Positions 7,978-16,611 of a DNA stretch of 20,000 bases are shown in pieces. A program made the translations under genes and the position numbers. The stretch's first letter is position 1, and every line of letters begins with the position of its first letter. Under the pieces are notes generated by a model that worked only from the letters and a program-made list of their open reading frames with translations, ran no database searches and had not been told where the DNA came from. The stretch is taken from the IMG/VR virus record IMGVR_UViG_3300021254_000023; one strand, written 5' to 3'. The DNA is from an uncultured virus (IMG/VR IMGVR_UViG_3300021254_000023). Lineage: Duplodnaviria; Heunggongvirae; Uroviricota; Caudoviricetes.

Positions 7978-8871
7978 ATTTATCCACCAGATTATGTGGT
8001 CTTCGAGAGGTTTATCTGGTTCAATCCTATGTCTTGACACTGAGGATTTGATCATCTCCTTTGTTTTCTCAAAGAACTCATCAATCAGGTCTTCATGACC
8101 CTCCATAAACTCTTCATACTTTATGTTAGTATACTGAGTAGGATTGTATATAACTGTATATCCCATACAGCAAGATGTATACCTGAGTTCTAAGTCTCTA
8201 TTAACAGAAACCCAATAGTAGTCGTCGTCTCCATCGATAGCGCCCAAGAGGTATGCTAAGTCATTCGGCTCGACTTTACTATAGTTCCCCGGATAGTCTG
8301 GATTTCCCCATGCCCAGTGAATATACTTACCAACATCATCCTTAGCCTCTTTCAGGATAGCCAATTCATTATTGGCGTGCCAGAAAAGGCGGTGTTTCTT
8401 GTAATACGCATTTTTGAGTTTCCCTAGGATATCCACGTTGTAGGCTTCTCCTATAGGATTTTTTGGATTTCCATCCTCGTACTGATCACCAAAGATATCT
8501 AGGATGAAACGTCCAACAGCTTTCGACCTAGATTTTCCCGCTTTACAATGAATGACGAAGTCCTTTCCTAAGTTCCTTTCAATGAAGGTAACTATTAGAG
8601 CACCTTGTCCGCCAGTCATGGCTTTCATCCAATGTCCCTTGTATTGATAATCACCTGGCCCAGGAATATCATCAAATTCTATATTAAAGACGTTTGGGGA
8701 ATCGGAAAGAATGTGATCATTGTCATAGTCTTCCTTATCCTCTTCTAGTCTATACTTAATACAGTCTGGGGAACCTTCAATGGAGATAAAGGCTGTCTTA
8801 GTGGGATCTCTCTTGTATATTTCTTCTCGGAAATCTTTTTTAGAATATACACTAACTGTATTCTTTTTCAT
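7954..8871 (-). CDS. Protein-tyrosine/dual-specificity phosphatase-like (Cx5R) protein with an extra C-terminal domain
   Basis: P-loop VIHCKAGKSRS and an upstream acid loop IEFDDI. Confidence 0.85.
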   Translation of the reverse strand: MKKNTVSVYSKKDFREEIYKRDPTKTAFISIEGSPDCIKYRLEEDKEDYDNDHILSDSPNVFNIEFDDIPGPGDYQYKGHWMKAMTGGQGALIVTFIERNLGKDFVIHCKAGKSRSKAVGRFILDIFGDQYEDGNPKNPIGEAYNVDILGKLKNAYYKKHRLFWHANNELAILKEAKDDVGKYIHWAWGNPDYPGNYSKVEPNDLAYLLGAIDGDDDYYWVSVNRDLELRYTSCCMGYTVIYNPTQYTNIKYEEFMEGHEDLIDEFFEKTKEMIKSSVSRHRIEPDKPLEDHIIWWINKKEGDSN

Positions 8872-9230
8872 GGCAACTCTTCTATTCCCTGTCCTAACCA
8901 GTCTGCTACAATATGACGGTGGCAGAAGTCGCCTGGTTTTTCATAACATACTAGGGCAACTTCTTTTTTCCCGCCTGCCAATTCAGTCAAATTTCTTAAG
9001 ACTGATTCTTTATCTAAAACACTTAGTCGCTCTTTCAAAAACCTCTCGGTATATCTTTCTGGTGTTCCACCACGATTTTTATATTCATCGTAGATATCCC
9101 AAGAAGGGGCCAAGAGTTTGTATTCAGGATATTCCCAGCCAGGGACTGCTTTTCCACATATGGCAATTGGCATTATCCTGTCCGTGTCAATTGATTTGAC
9201 ATGAGCGAAATAGGTTGTCCAAATTTTCAT
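8868..9230 (-). CDS. DUF488-family protein
   Basis: MKIWTTYFA...LLAPSW...Y.ERF...ALVCYEKPGDFCHRHIVADWL. Start placed at ATG 9230, which overlaps the rtcB stop as ATGA. Confidence 0.85.
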   Translation of the reverse strand: MKIWTTYFAHVKSIDTDRIMPIAICGKAVPGWEYPEYKLLAPSWDIYDEYKNRGGTPERYTERFLKERLSVLDKESVLRNLTELAGGKKEVALVCYEKPGDFCHRHIVADWLGQGIEELP

Positions 9231-10618
9231 TTCTTTTTCTTTAAGGACCGCCAATCAGGTATTTCATCCTCCGCACCAGCTTTAATGTTTATGGCTGGTT
9301 TAATGAAGTACAGAATATCAGCGGTTGGTTTAATATTTTCAACAATTTCTTCCATAGGTTTATATGCCATGGGAGATTCGTCAATTGTACTCATATTAAC
9401 GGAGGTTGAGTAAATACCTTCCATAGATTTTTCGAAATCTTTCAATTTCAAGGTGTCCTTTGCTTTCGCTCTTGACATAACGCGACCAGCGCCATGAGAA
9501 CAAGAGTAGTTCCAATCGGGATTTCCTTTTCCCACACAAACTGCCATACCGTCTCTCATGTTGAATGGGAGAAGGAATGTCTCGTGAAGATTAGCTCGTA
9601 CGGCACCCTTTCTAATCATGGGAATACCATCAACTGTATCAAAGTCTATGTAGTTGTGAGTAGTAGTTACCACCCCAACCTTCTTAGCCTCTTTGACAAT
9701 TCCATTATAAATCTCTTCGGTCAAGCGGAGGATAGTTTGGTGATTGTAGGCTGCATAGGCCTGTGCTATTACCATGTCCGTTAAGTAGTATCGAAGATCT
9801 TCTCCCTCTAAGTAGCCAGGATTTCCTTGAGACTTATACTCGGCTATGGCCTTGTCTATTTCTTCACGAATCTTGGTTTTATCTTTGATTCTTTCACGAA
9901 CCTCTCTTGTGATTTGTCTTTCGACCTGTTTATCAAGTTTAACTTTGTTGGCTATATCATGCCACTTTTTCCATACCCTCTGGCCTAGGTTTCTAGAACC
10001 GGTATGAATGGTAACGGCCTGGATTGGCGTCATCATGTCTCCACCAACACCACCAAAGATAGCAGTAGATGGAGAAACACCTGTTCCATACTCGATAAAG
10101 TGATTCCCGCCGCCGATAGTTCCTATTGATTTATAGAATGTGGCTGGATCTATACCAACATCTTTCATCCATTCTTCCAGGTCATCTTCGTCTTGGAATT
10201 CTGGAACTATTGTTAGCCCACCTGTCCTCTGATAAGCCTTTCGTAAAGATTCTCTAAGAAATTTTAAAAAATCTTTAACTTCAAACATCCTATGTTCCTG
10301 AAGTCTTTTCCCTAATGGGAATGTTTTCTTCAGGCGGTGTTCAAAGAGAGGATATTTATCGGGCGGAATAGGTTCACTCATGAAAAGAGCACTAATAGAG
10401 CAACCTAGGTCGCAACCAACATGATCAGGATTAACCCAATCTCCGAGAGGAGCAGTAAATCCAATTACTATTCCTTCTCCTGAGTGAACATCAGGCATCA
10501 CTCTAACGCGTTTTCCATCAAAAGCTTTATTTCTACAGACCTCATAGATGGTTTCTAATGCCGTAGGCTCTACATAGTCTGTAAAAATCTTACAATTAAA
10601 ATTTTCAAGTTCAATCAT
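9227..10618 (-). CDS. rtcB: RtcB RNA 2',3'-cyclic/3'-phosphate-5'-OH ligase
   Basis: Motifs MPDVHSG, VGCDLGC, GTIGGGNHFIE, HTGSRNLG, HNY, RKGA, SCSHGAGR and DESPMAYK. Start placed at ATG 10618 (MIELENF), overlapping the upstream stop. Confidence 0.95.
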   Translation of the reverse strand: MIELENFNCKIFTDYVEPTALETIYEVCRNKAFDGKRVRVMPDVHSGEGIVIGFTAPLGDWVNPDHVGCDLGCSISALFMSEPIPPDKYPLFEHRLKKTFPLGKRLQEHRMFEVKDFLKFLRESLRKAYQRTGGLTIVPEFQDEDDLEEWMKDVGIDPATFYKSIGTIGGGNHFIEYGTGVSPSTAIFGGVGGDMMTPIQAVTIHTGSRNLGQRVWKKWHDIANKVKLDKQVERQITREVRERIKDKTKIREEIDKAIAEYKSQGNPGYLEGEDLRYYLTDMVIAQAYAAYNHQTILRLTEEIYNGIVKEAKKVGVVTTTHNYIDFDTVDGIPMIRKGAVRANLHETFLLPFNMRDGMAVCVGKGNPDWNYSCSHGAGRVMSRAKAKDTLKLKDFEKSMEGIYSTSVNMSTIDESPMAYKPMEEIVENIKPTADILYFIKPAINIKAGAEDEIPDWRSLKKKK

Positions 10619-10826
10619 AGTTATCAAGCGATTTTTCTTGTTTTCTATACTCTGACATTCTCTCTTCATATTTAGTACCTGCCAAAAATCCTTTTCGGAA
10701 AGCAAAATTCATGGCTTTTGTTACGATGGAGTTTATGTCTAATCCCTCTGCAATAAATTTCTTAACAGACTCATCAGTATCTTTGAAATTATTCTGTAAG
10801 TCTGGTTTTTCTGGTTTTCTAATCAT
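10611..10826 (-). CDS. Hypothetical protein, 71 aa
   Basis: Tiles between neighbouring genes; AFRKGFLAG is typical of small phage proteins. Confidence 0.7.
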   Translation of the reverse strand: MIRKPEKPDLQNNFKDTDESVKKFIAEGLDINSIVTKAMNFAFRKGFLAGTKYEERMSEYRKQEKSLDNYD

Positions 10827-10932
10827 TTTTCTTTGGTTTATAAAATGGACAATTCATAAATGCTAGTGGATTATGTTCAAAACACTCGCTTTGATTCCAT
10901 GCTTCACTACAATTTCCTGATTCAGTGCACAT
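10819..10932 (-). CDS. Small 4-Cys protein (37 aa), not in ORF track
   Basis: MCTESGNCSEAWNQSECFEHNPLAFMNCPFYKPKKND; overlaps both neighbours. Confidence 0.55.
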   Translation of the reverse strand: MCTESGNCSEAWNQSECFEHNPLAFMNCPFYKPKKND

Positions 10933-11323
10933 TGTTTAGGTATATATTACTTAAGATTAGCCAAGTTATTACAATCTGACACATATGTACTATTTGATCT
11001 GTCCAAAGACTAATCTTTTTTTGATTTGCTTTTAGATCATCTACTACGTAGTGCGCCGTTGCATTTAATACAAATATTACAGTTACCGTCTCATTAATTC
11101 CCTCCCATCCCCAAGTTATGACTAAGAATGGAAAAAGAATCATGATTGACCACGATATACTATGGATAGCTAGTGCCATTTTATAGTCATTCTTATAAAG
11201 ATCGTCGGGGGCGTTCTTTTCCCACCAACATCTCTGTTTCATACTACTCAGGCAGATTGGTTGTAACACAAAATCATCAATGATATGTGCTAGAATCATA
11301 AATAGTAGGAGTTTAGCCATCAC
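10922..11323 (-). CDS. DUF3307-family membrane protein
   Basis: LAHIIDDFVLQ...LAIHSI...HYVVDDLK...DQIVH pattern. Confidence 0.85.
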   Translation of the reverse strand: MMAKLLLFMILAHIIDDFVLQPICLSSMKQRCWWEKNAPDDLYKNDYKMALAIHSISWSIMILFPFLVITWGWEGINETVTVIFVLNATAHYVVDDLKANQKKISLWTDQIVHMCQIVITWLILSNIYLNNVH

Positions 11324-11514
11324 TTATTAGCAATAATGTAACATAATACTACAACTCCTGCTACCATAACTGCTGGCCAGAATAACCATGCTCCAACTGG
11401 GATTAGATTCCTTTTCCACCAAGAATCAGCTCCTTCAACTAAGACTCTTCCTACAATTAGAGCCCAAATTCCAAATACTAGGTAAAGTATTACTGCAATG
11501 ATAATAGTTAGCAT
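11320..11514 (-). CDS. Small membrane protein, 64 aa
   Basis: Two hydrophobic segments including WLFWP; overlaps both neighbours. Confidence 0.75.
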   Translation of the reverse strand: MLTIIIAVILYLVFGIWALIVGRVLVEGADSWWKRNLIPVGAWLFWPAVMVAGVVVLCYIIANK

Positions 11515-12581
11515 ACTCTTGTTATTCTATTTAAAAATTTAACTGGTTCTCGGTTTTCAAAGTAGAATAGGAGGTCGTAATCGTCAGGCTGAGGAGGAAT
11601 ACCATGTAGGTCTTCATAGATCTGAGCCATATAATTCTTCGTCACTCCTTTCATTTCATAGGTTCCGTCAGAGAACTCCTTGAGATATGCTCTGACACTC
11701 TGATCTGTAACTGTCTTGTATTCGACTGACTTCAGAAAGAATACCTGAGGATTCACGTAGGTCTGTTGTTCGGCAGCTACCCAATCACGAACCTCTAAGA
11801 GGCCTTTCCAATCAATCTCTATTGGATCTGGTCCTAGGGCGAAGATAATTTCGTCGTTATCACGGGTAATAATCTCTCCCTTATCTCCAATAAATTCTTT
11901 GATTGGTCCAGCAGCCTTGGTTATCATCCACTTCTCAATAGTCATCTGTCTGGAGGGATTTGTATTTCCAAAGACAACCACTCTAAGGTGTTTACTCTTC
12001 TTGATGTAATTCTTTACTGACTCCGGACACTTATCCCCAATGACAGCATCAACCCACTTGTCGTAGAGTTCTTTAGGTTTCTTACCTTCCTCTGGTCCGA
12101 CCGGAACTCCTGTGAAAAAGTCTGGAGAGATAGAAGATAGGGCTTGGTAATTAGCTCGAGACATATCTATACTCAGATAGTATTGCCCTACCTTACTTTC
12201 ATTATAGATATTATTCTTTGGGAGTTTTTCGGGGATATAATCAAACTCCTTGTTCGTAGCGGAGTACTCTTGGAGATCTTTCTTATTGAAAACATCATAC
12301 CAAGGACTCTGCAAGATACCTTGTAATAGAGCTTCTCGACCTTGGAAGTAGGAATCTATAAATGCCTTCGGATTTCCACCAAAGTCTTTCTCTACTCCTT
12401 GGAGAATCTCATCCCAGAGGGTCTTAGTTTTAAACATACCCTCATAAAGGTTCACCAGGTATTCAAAAGGACCATCTTCCATAACTGTAATTGGAAGTTT
12501 CATGTCCTCAATAAATCTGTACTTTAATTCTCTATTTTCTATCATATCATAGGTAAGGGGAACAAAAGAAAAAGGAAGCAT
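11508..12581 (-). CDS. Hypothetical protein, 357 aa, with polymerase-palm-like motifs
   Basis: YLSIDMSRANYQAL and IITRDNDEIIFAL. The CDS is secure; the function is speculative. Confidence 0.75.
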   Translation of the reverse strand: MLPFSFVPLTYDMIENRELKYRFIEDMKLPITVMEDGPFEYLVNLYEGMFKTKTLWDEILQGVEKDFGGNPKAFIDSYFQGREALLQGILQSPWYDVFNKKDLQEYSATNKEFDYIPEKLPKNNIYNESKVGQYYLSIDMSRANYQALSSISPDFFTGVPVGPEEGKKPKELYDKWVDAVIGDKCPESVKNYIKKSKHLRVVVFGNTNPSRQMTIEKWMITKAAGPIKEFIGDKGEIITRDNDEIIFALGPDPIEIDWKGLLEVRDWVAAEQQTYVNPQVFFLKSVEYKTVTDQSVRAYLKEFSDGTYEMKGVTKNYMAQIYEDLHGIPPQPDDYDLLFYFENREPVKFLNRITRVC

Positions 12582-12582
12582 T

Positions 12583-13182
12583 TTATACTTCCTCTATCTT
12601 TTTTATTCTAACGTCACTCCAAATATCCATAGGTGCTCCTAATGGTGTAAGAATATCCACTCGATTAGTGAACCTTGGATTCATAGTATCATGAACTATG
12701 TATCGACCGTTTATTCGTCTATTTCCCTTGACGACGGTTAATTCAATGACATTACCGTAGTTGTACCTATCAAGTAAGTCTCTACTGACGGCAACCCAAC
12801 GAATCTTCCCTTGTCTAAGTTTTTCTAAGTCAATTTTACTATTATCCGCAGTTATTAGTGGATCTTCGTCACATTGTGACACCACTGGATTATATTGAGT
12901 AACAGTTACTCTTCCTTTGTGTTTCTTTCTCTTGTGGGCAGCCAGCTTAATTGTTTTCTTTATAGTCGGCTCTTCCCATGAACACTCTTCTTCTTCTATG
13001 GTTTCAGGGTTTGGTCCATTATATTTTCCAATGGATGCAATAGCTCCCTCTAACCACTCTTTTTCTCGCTGTTCCCTACTTTTAGGTTTATTAGGGTTCA
13101 GGTTATACCCAAATAGACAAAACATGAACATGACTATTAGGGTAAATTGTAATCTATCAACCCTCTTTTCATCTTTTGTCAT
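12583..13182 (-). CDS. Membrane-anchored 3D-domain (MltA/RlpA-like double-psi barrel) protein, probably cell-wall lytic or binding
   Basis: N-terminal TM; VTVTQYNP..QCDEDPLITAD, WVAVSRDLL, YIVHDTMN.RF..RVDIL. Start placed at ATG 13182. Confidence 0.85.
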   Translation of the reverse strand: MTKDEKRVDRLQFTLIVMFMFCLFGYNLNPNKPKSREQREKEWLEGAIASIGKYNGPNPETIEEEECSWEEPTIKKTIKLAAHKRKKHKGRVTVTQYNPVVSQCDEDPLITADNSKIDLEKLRQGKIRWVAVSRDLLDRYNYGNVIELTVVKGNRRINGRYIVHDTMNPRFTNRVDILTPLGAPMDIWSDVRIKKIEEV

Positions 13183-13507
13183 ACTTCTTGGCAATTATTT
13201 TAAGTTCATTATTCTTGCCATTTAAAGTACTCCCTAAGAGTGCGTCGGCAAGTAAAATTAGCGTATTAACTCCGGCCGTATTTTTTACTTCCGGAATATT
13301 CTCTTTTTCATATACCGTTCCATCGGTATCTTTATTGTTAAACTGAAAAGAGACATTTTTATCCATCTTAATGGTTCTCTTTTTCAGCCGCTGTACGTAA
13401 TATTGACAAGTTTCATTTACGAAACCTACCATTTCAATGATGACTTTACGTCTTTGTATGTCGAACTTTGCCCAGTCCTCATACCTTTTTCTGAAATAAT
13501 TTTCCAT
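13169..13507 (-). CDS. Hypothetical protein, 112 aa
   Basis: First gene after the promoter motif at 13533-13543. Confidence 0.75.
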   Translation of the reverse strand: MENYFRKRYEDWAKFDIQRRKVIIEMVGFVNETCQYYVQRLKKRTIKMDKNVSFQFNNKDTDGTVYEKENIPEVKNTAGVNTLILLADALLGSTLNGKNNELKIIAKKYDKR

Positions 13508-13532
13508 AATATTCTTCGTTTAATTATTCTAC

Positions 13533-13543
13533 TATATATAAGG
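13533..13543 (-). promoter_or_regulatory. Promoter-like motif CCTTATATATA(G)
   Basis: 25 nt upstream of ATG 13507; heads the gene run 13507 to 7954. Confidence 0.55.
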
Positions 13544-13566
13544 CGCTGATATACTTTTCAGACGGT

Positions 13567-13619
13567 AAAAAAAATACAGGACTCGACACCTCCTTTCAAA
13601 AGATGTTGTCGTCTCTGTA
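13567..13619 (-). terminator. Intrinsic terminator
   Basis: UACAGAGACGACAACAUCUUUUGAAAGGAGGUGUCGAGUCCUGUA followed by U8. The G.U pairs favour minus orientation. Confidence 0.7.
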
Positions 13620-13697
13620 TACACAAACACAAACTACTTAAAACTCACTAAAAACCGGAACAATTATCATCGTTAATCGTTATTACATTATTAGTTT
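13567..13697 (-). ncRNA. Candidate small non-coding RNA
   Basis: Bounded by the motif at 13701-13711 and a hairpin plus U8 terminator at 13567-13619. The longest ATG ORF inside is 10 codons. Confidence 0.45.
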
Positions 13698-13700
13698 TCA

Positions 13701-13711
13701 CATTTATAAGG
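13701..13711 (-). promoter_or_regulatory. Promoter-like motif CCTTATAAATG
   Basis: Consensus copy directly after the hairpin GGGGAGAT-ttaag-GTCTTCCC that spans the DHH gene stop. Confidence 0.6.
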
Positions 13712-13729
13712 GTTTGAAGGGGGAAGACC

Positions 13730-14659
13730 TTAAATCTCCCCTTTCATTATTAGCTTCTCAAAATCAGCTAAGTTCAACTGAGTACCAGCAGCGCCAGCAT
13801 GACCTCCAGCTTTATCTGCTCCGAAGCGACTTTGCAAGTATTCGCCACAGTTAAATTCTGGTAGCCTTCCATTTTCCATATACATTCCAAGCGTAAAATA
13901 CACACTGCCAGTAGTTTCATCGGTTTTTCGATTAGCAGTCATGTAGATGTCATAATCATCTTTAACTGATTCAAAAATCCTAGAACCCATGCTGTTGGTT
14001 AGGATGCAAATTCCTTTGTACTTCCCTGCAACAGTGACGGGAAATGAATACGTTTTCACAGCGGCCTTGAATTGCTGCTTCTCATAATCATTAATCATTC
14101 GGCCCGCCTCTAATATGTGATCCATAGAGAAGGCGTCAGTCATGAAGTTATCGAAGTTTTCATAGATCTTATCGAAGTTCATTCCGTACTGTGCTTTTAG
14201 GGCGAGCTGGAATGGAACGATCTCTATGTCCCAGTTAAAACGGGAATGGTCCCAAACATCATAGGAAGAGAGGTACTGGATAGTCATGGGCGGTCTTGCT
14301 CCTCGGGTAAAAAATTCCCAAGTAAGTTCGCATGCTCCTTGACCGATTCGTCTCAGACCATCAATATCATTATAACCATTGCTGTCAGCTAGGTTCAAGG
14401 CAGTTACATGATGATCAATCCAGATCACATCTACGTTTCCTTTCAACCACTTCATAATGTTGGGAGGGAATGATATATCAACTAGGATGGCAGCATCGAA
14501 CTCCATCTCGTCAAACTTAGGCATAGGATCACCGTGTGTCCATCCTAACATCTCAATTTCATCCCAATAACCTTCTTTAGCTAGGGCCCACTTAGCAACC
14601 CCAGCACTAAATAACCCATCGTAATCAACTCGATGGTAAACTATAATTACTTTTTTCAT
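13730..14659 (-). CDS. DHH/DHHA1-family phosphoesterase
   Basis: YHRVDYDG, LVDISF, WIDHH, GACELTW, YDVW and GGHAGAAG motifs. Confidence 0.92.
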   Translation of the reverse strand: MKKVIIVYHRVDYDGLFSAGVAKWALAKEGYWDEIEMLGWTHGDPMPKFDEMEFDAAILVDISFPPNIMKWLKGNVDVIWIDHHVTALNLADSNGYNDIDGLRRIGQGACELTWEFFTRGARPPMTIQYLSSYDVWDHSRFNWDIEIVPFQLALKAQYGMNFDKIYENFDNFMTDAFSMDHILEAGRMINDYEKQQFKAAVKTYSFPVTVAGKYKGICILTNSMGSRIFESVKDDYDIYMTANRKTDETTGSVYFTLGMYMENGRLPEFNCGEYLQSRFGADKAGGHAGAAGTQLNLADFEKLIMKGEI

Positions 14660-15450
14660 ATTATATCAAGAAATGTAGATTCTCCATCATATATTCTCAG
14701 TAAGGTAAGTTCCTCGTTGAATGCAGTTCTTTCTATATTTTCTTGAGTTACTACCATACCGCTCCAGGCAGAGATATCTTTAAACACTTTATCAACATCA
14801 CCAACCGTAGTGAATTCGCATTCCTCTAGGTTAGAAATAGTCTCTCCATAACGTTCACCAAAAAAGGACTTCTGACTATCCGTCAAGTCACGAGCCACAA
14901 ATAGTGCGATGGCTGTGTGAAAGTAATTCCGGACATGCTCGGGGTCTGAGAAGAGAGGATAAGCTTTCATCTCCTTAAACTCCATCTTCTCCTTTAGCTT
15001 GTCTTTTGAATAGAGGATTCTCTCATTGGCTTTCTGTCGATCGATAGTTGAGATAGCTGAACAAAGACTACGTTCAGCCTCATTGGCTTCCCACTTCCAG
15101 GTGGCAGCCTCTAAGACACAGTCCGATAGTATATCTATGTACCTGTCGATAAGTCCATTGGCAGCCTCCAAGGAATCAAACCAATAGTCATCAGCTTTAG
15201 TCTCAACACCAACCCAGAAGTCTTTCCATGGAGCGGGGATTTCTAGTTTTTCAGCAGTTTCTCTAACTTCTGCATATTTTCTTCGGCAATGCACCTTGTA
15301 CTTATCCAGCTCTAGTGTTACGTCTATGAGCTTATCCTGGAAAGCACTAATTTCTCGCCTTGCCGCATTTGCTTTTTCTAGTTCTTTTTTCTTAGAACTT
15401 AATAGCCGATCTAGTTCATCGGTACTAATTTCTTTGTTGTTAAATTTCAT
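14656..15450 (-). CDS. Hypothetical protein with N-terminal coiled coil, 264 aa
   Basis: ORF with an ATGA overlap to the DHH gene and a promoter motif upstream. Confidence 0.8.
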   Translation of the reverse strand: MKFNNKEISTDELDRLLSSKKKELEKANAARREISAFQDKLIDVTLELDKYKVHCRRKYAEVRETAEKLEIPAPWKDFWVGVETKADDYWFDSLEAANGLIDRYIDILSDCVLEAATWKWEANEAERSLCSAISTIDRQKANERILYSKDKLKEKMEFKEMKAYPLFSDPEHVRNYFHTAIALFVARDLTDSQKSFFGERYGETISNLEECEFTTVGDVDKVFKDISAWSGMVVTQENIERTAFNEELTLLRIYDGESTFLDII

Positions 15451-15475
15451 TTGCTTTACCTGTTATTTTGTTTCT

Positions 15476-15486
15476 CAAAGGTAAGG
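15476..15486 (-). promoter_or_regulatory. Promoter-like motif CCTTACCTTTG (matches Bacteroidota -7 element TAnnTTTG)
   Basis: 25 nt upstream of ATG 15450; overlaps the 3' arm of hairpin AGGGGAAT...ATTCCCCT. Confidence 0.6.
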
Positions 15487-15543
15487 GGAATCAGACTTTA
15501 TTGGCCTAAATTCCCCTAGTGAATTCCTTCGTAAGTATGGCAG

Positions 15544-16611
15544 CTAGGAATTCTTTTGTCTAAGTTTGGTATAACTCTGTTTCCCTTTCGCCACCGACGA
15601 GGGATCAATGAGTCGCCAATACCTATTATTTTTATTCTCAAAAATGTTATCTGCGTATTCTGGTGGACGTTTGTCACTTTTAGAAGTTTCACGTACGGAT
15701 TCTCCGCTCTGTTTTATTCCAAACGCATTGTCCCAAGAAACGTCAAATATGTCGCCTGCCTTACGACCTGTTAATGCTAGTGGAGAAATACCACCACCAT
15801 TTTTTACTAGTCGGATGATAATATACATATTACCTTCAATATCAATGAAGTCCGACTCTTTTACTTTTTCCGATCCTTTAAAATCCCCTGTTATCATAGT
15901 CCACGGTACGTCTTCACCTTTTTTGTATCCTTGGTAAGATCCTATTCCCTGAATATCATCCTTTATGGATATTCTGAGGGATACGAGGAAGAGTTCCGCA
16001 TCCAAGAAGTCACCACCCGGGGTTTGAATTATATTCTTATCGGAGGTATTCTTGAAACCACTAAGTTTCAACACCATGTACCTAATTGATCCTCTCCATT
16101 CCTCCAAGGCGGAAGTTGGGTAAGTACTCAGGTCTAGGTTATCAAAGACCTTTTTCTCAGGATCAAATTGTCTCCAGGCAATGATATCAGCTGGGAAGAT
16201 GATGAGTTTTGGCTTATATTCAATTCCAAAGTACTCACACATCTTTTCTGAGAGAAACTTCTTATGACCTATCTCACCGGTCTGATGAGACATTATCACG
16301 GAATTGAACTTCTCTGTTTGAACAACCTTCTCCAGTTTATAAACCGTCTTAAGACCATTCTCGTAGAGGTGTCCTGGAATAAGTTCTCCACTAGAATCCT
16401 CTACAGCAGGGAGGGGTAGTCTCGGCTTTTCAAGACGTTGATCAAGGAAAGATAGGTAGTGATCCGTTGGGATAACATCTATCCTATCTCCCTTTAATCT
16501 AACGTAATGTGTTGCGCGAGACCTGTAGTGAAAGATAGGATACCCTTTCTCATCCTTCCCCTCGGTTACTCTAATTGTATCAGTATCGTTGTAACAATAC
16601 ATTCCTGCCAT
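15544..16611 (-). CDS. Hypothetical protein, 355 aa
   Basis: Long ORF coupled to telA by a TAATG overlap. Confidence 0.8.
   Translation of the reverse strand: MAGMYCYNDTDTIRVTEGKDEKGYPIFHYRSRATHYVRLKGDRIDVIPTDHYLSFLDQRLEKPRLPLPAVEDSSGELIPGHLYENGLKTVYKLEKVVQTEKFNSVIMSHQTGEIGHKKFLSEKMCEYFGIEYKPKLIIFPADIIAWRQFDPEKKVFDNLDLSTYPTSALEEWRGSIRYMVLKLSGFKNTSDKNIIQTPGGDFLDAELFLVSLRISIKDDIQGIGSYQGYKKGEDVPWTMITGDFKGSEKVKESDFIDIEGNMYIIIRLVKNGGGISPLALTGRKAGDIFDVSWDNAFGIKQSGESVRETSKSDKRPPEYADNIFENKNNRYWRLIDPSSVAKGKQSYTKLRQKNS

Noticed and set aside
10619..10705. TTG-initiated N-terminal extension of RtcB
   Set aside because: It overlaps the 71-aa upstream gene. ATG 10618 gives a normal RtcB N-terminus and a short coupling overlap.
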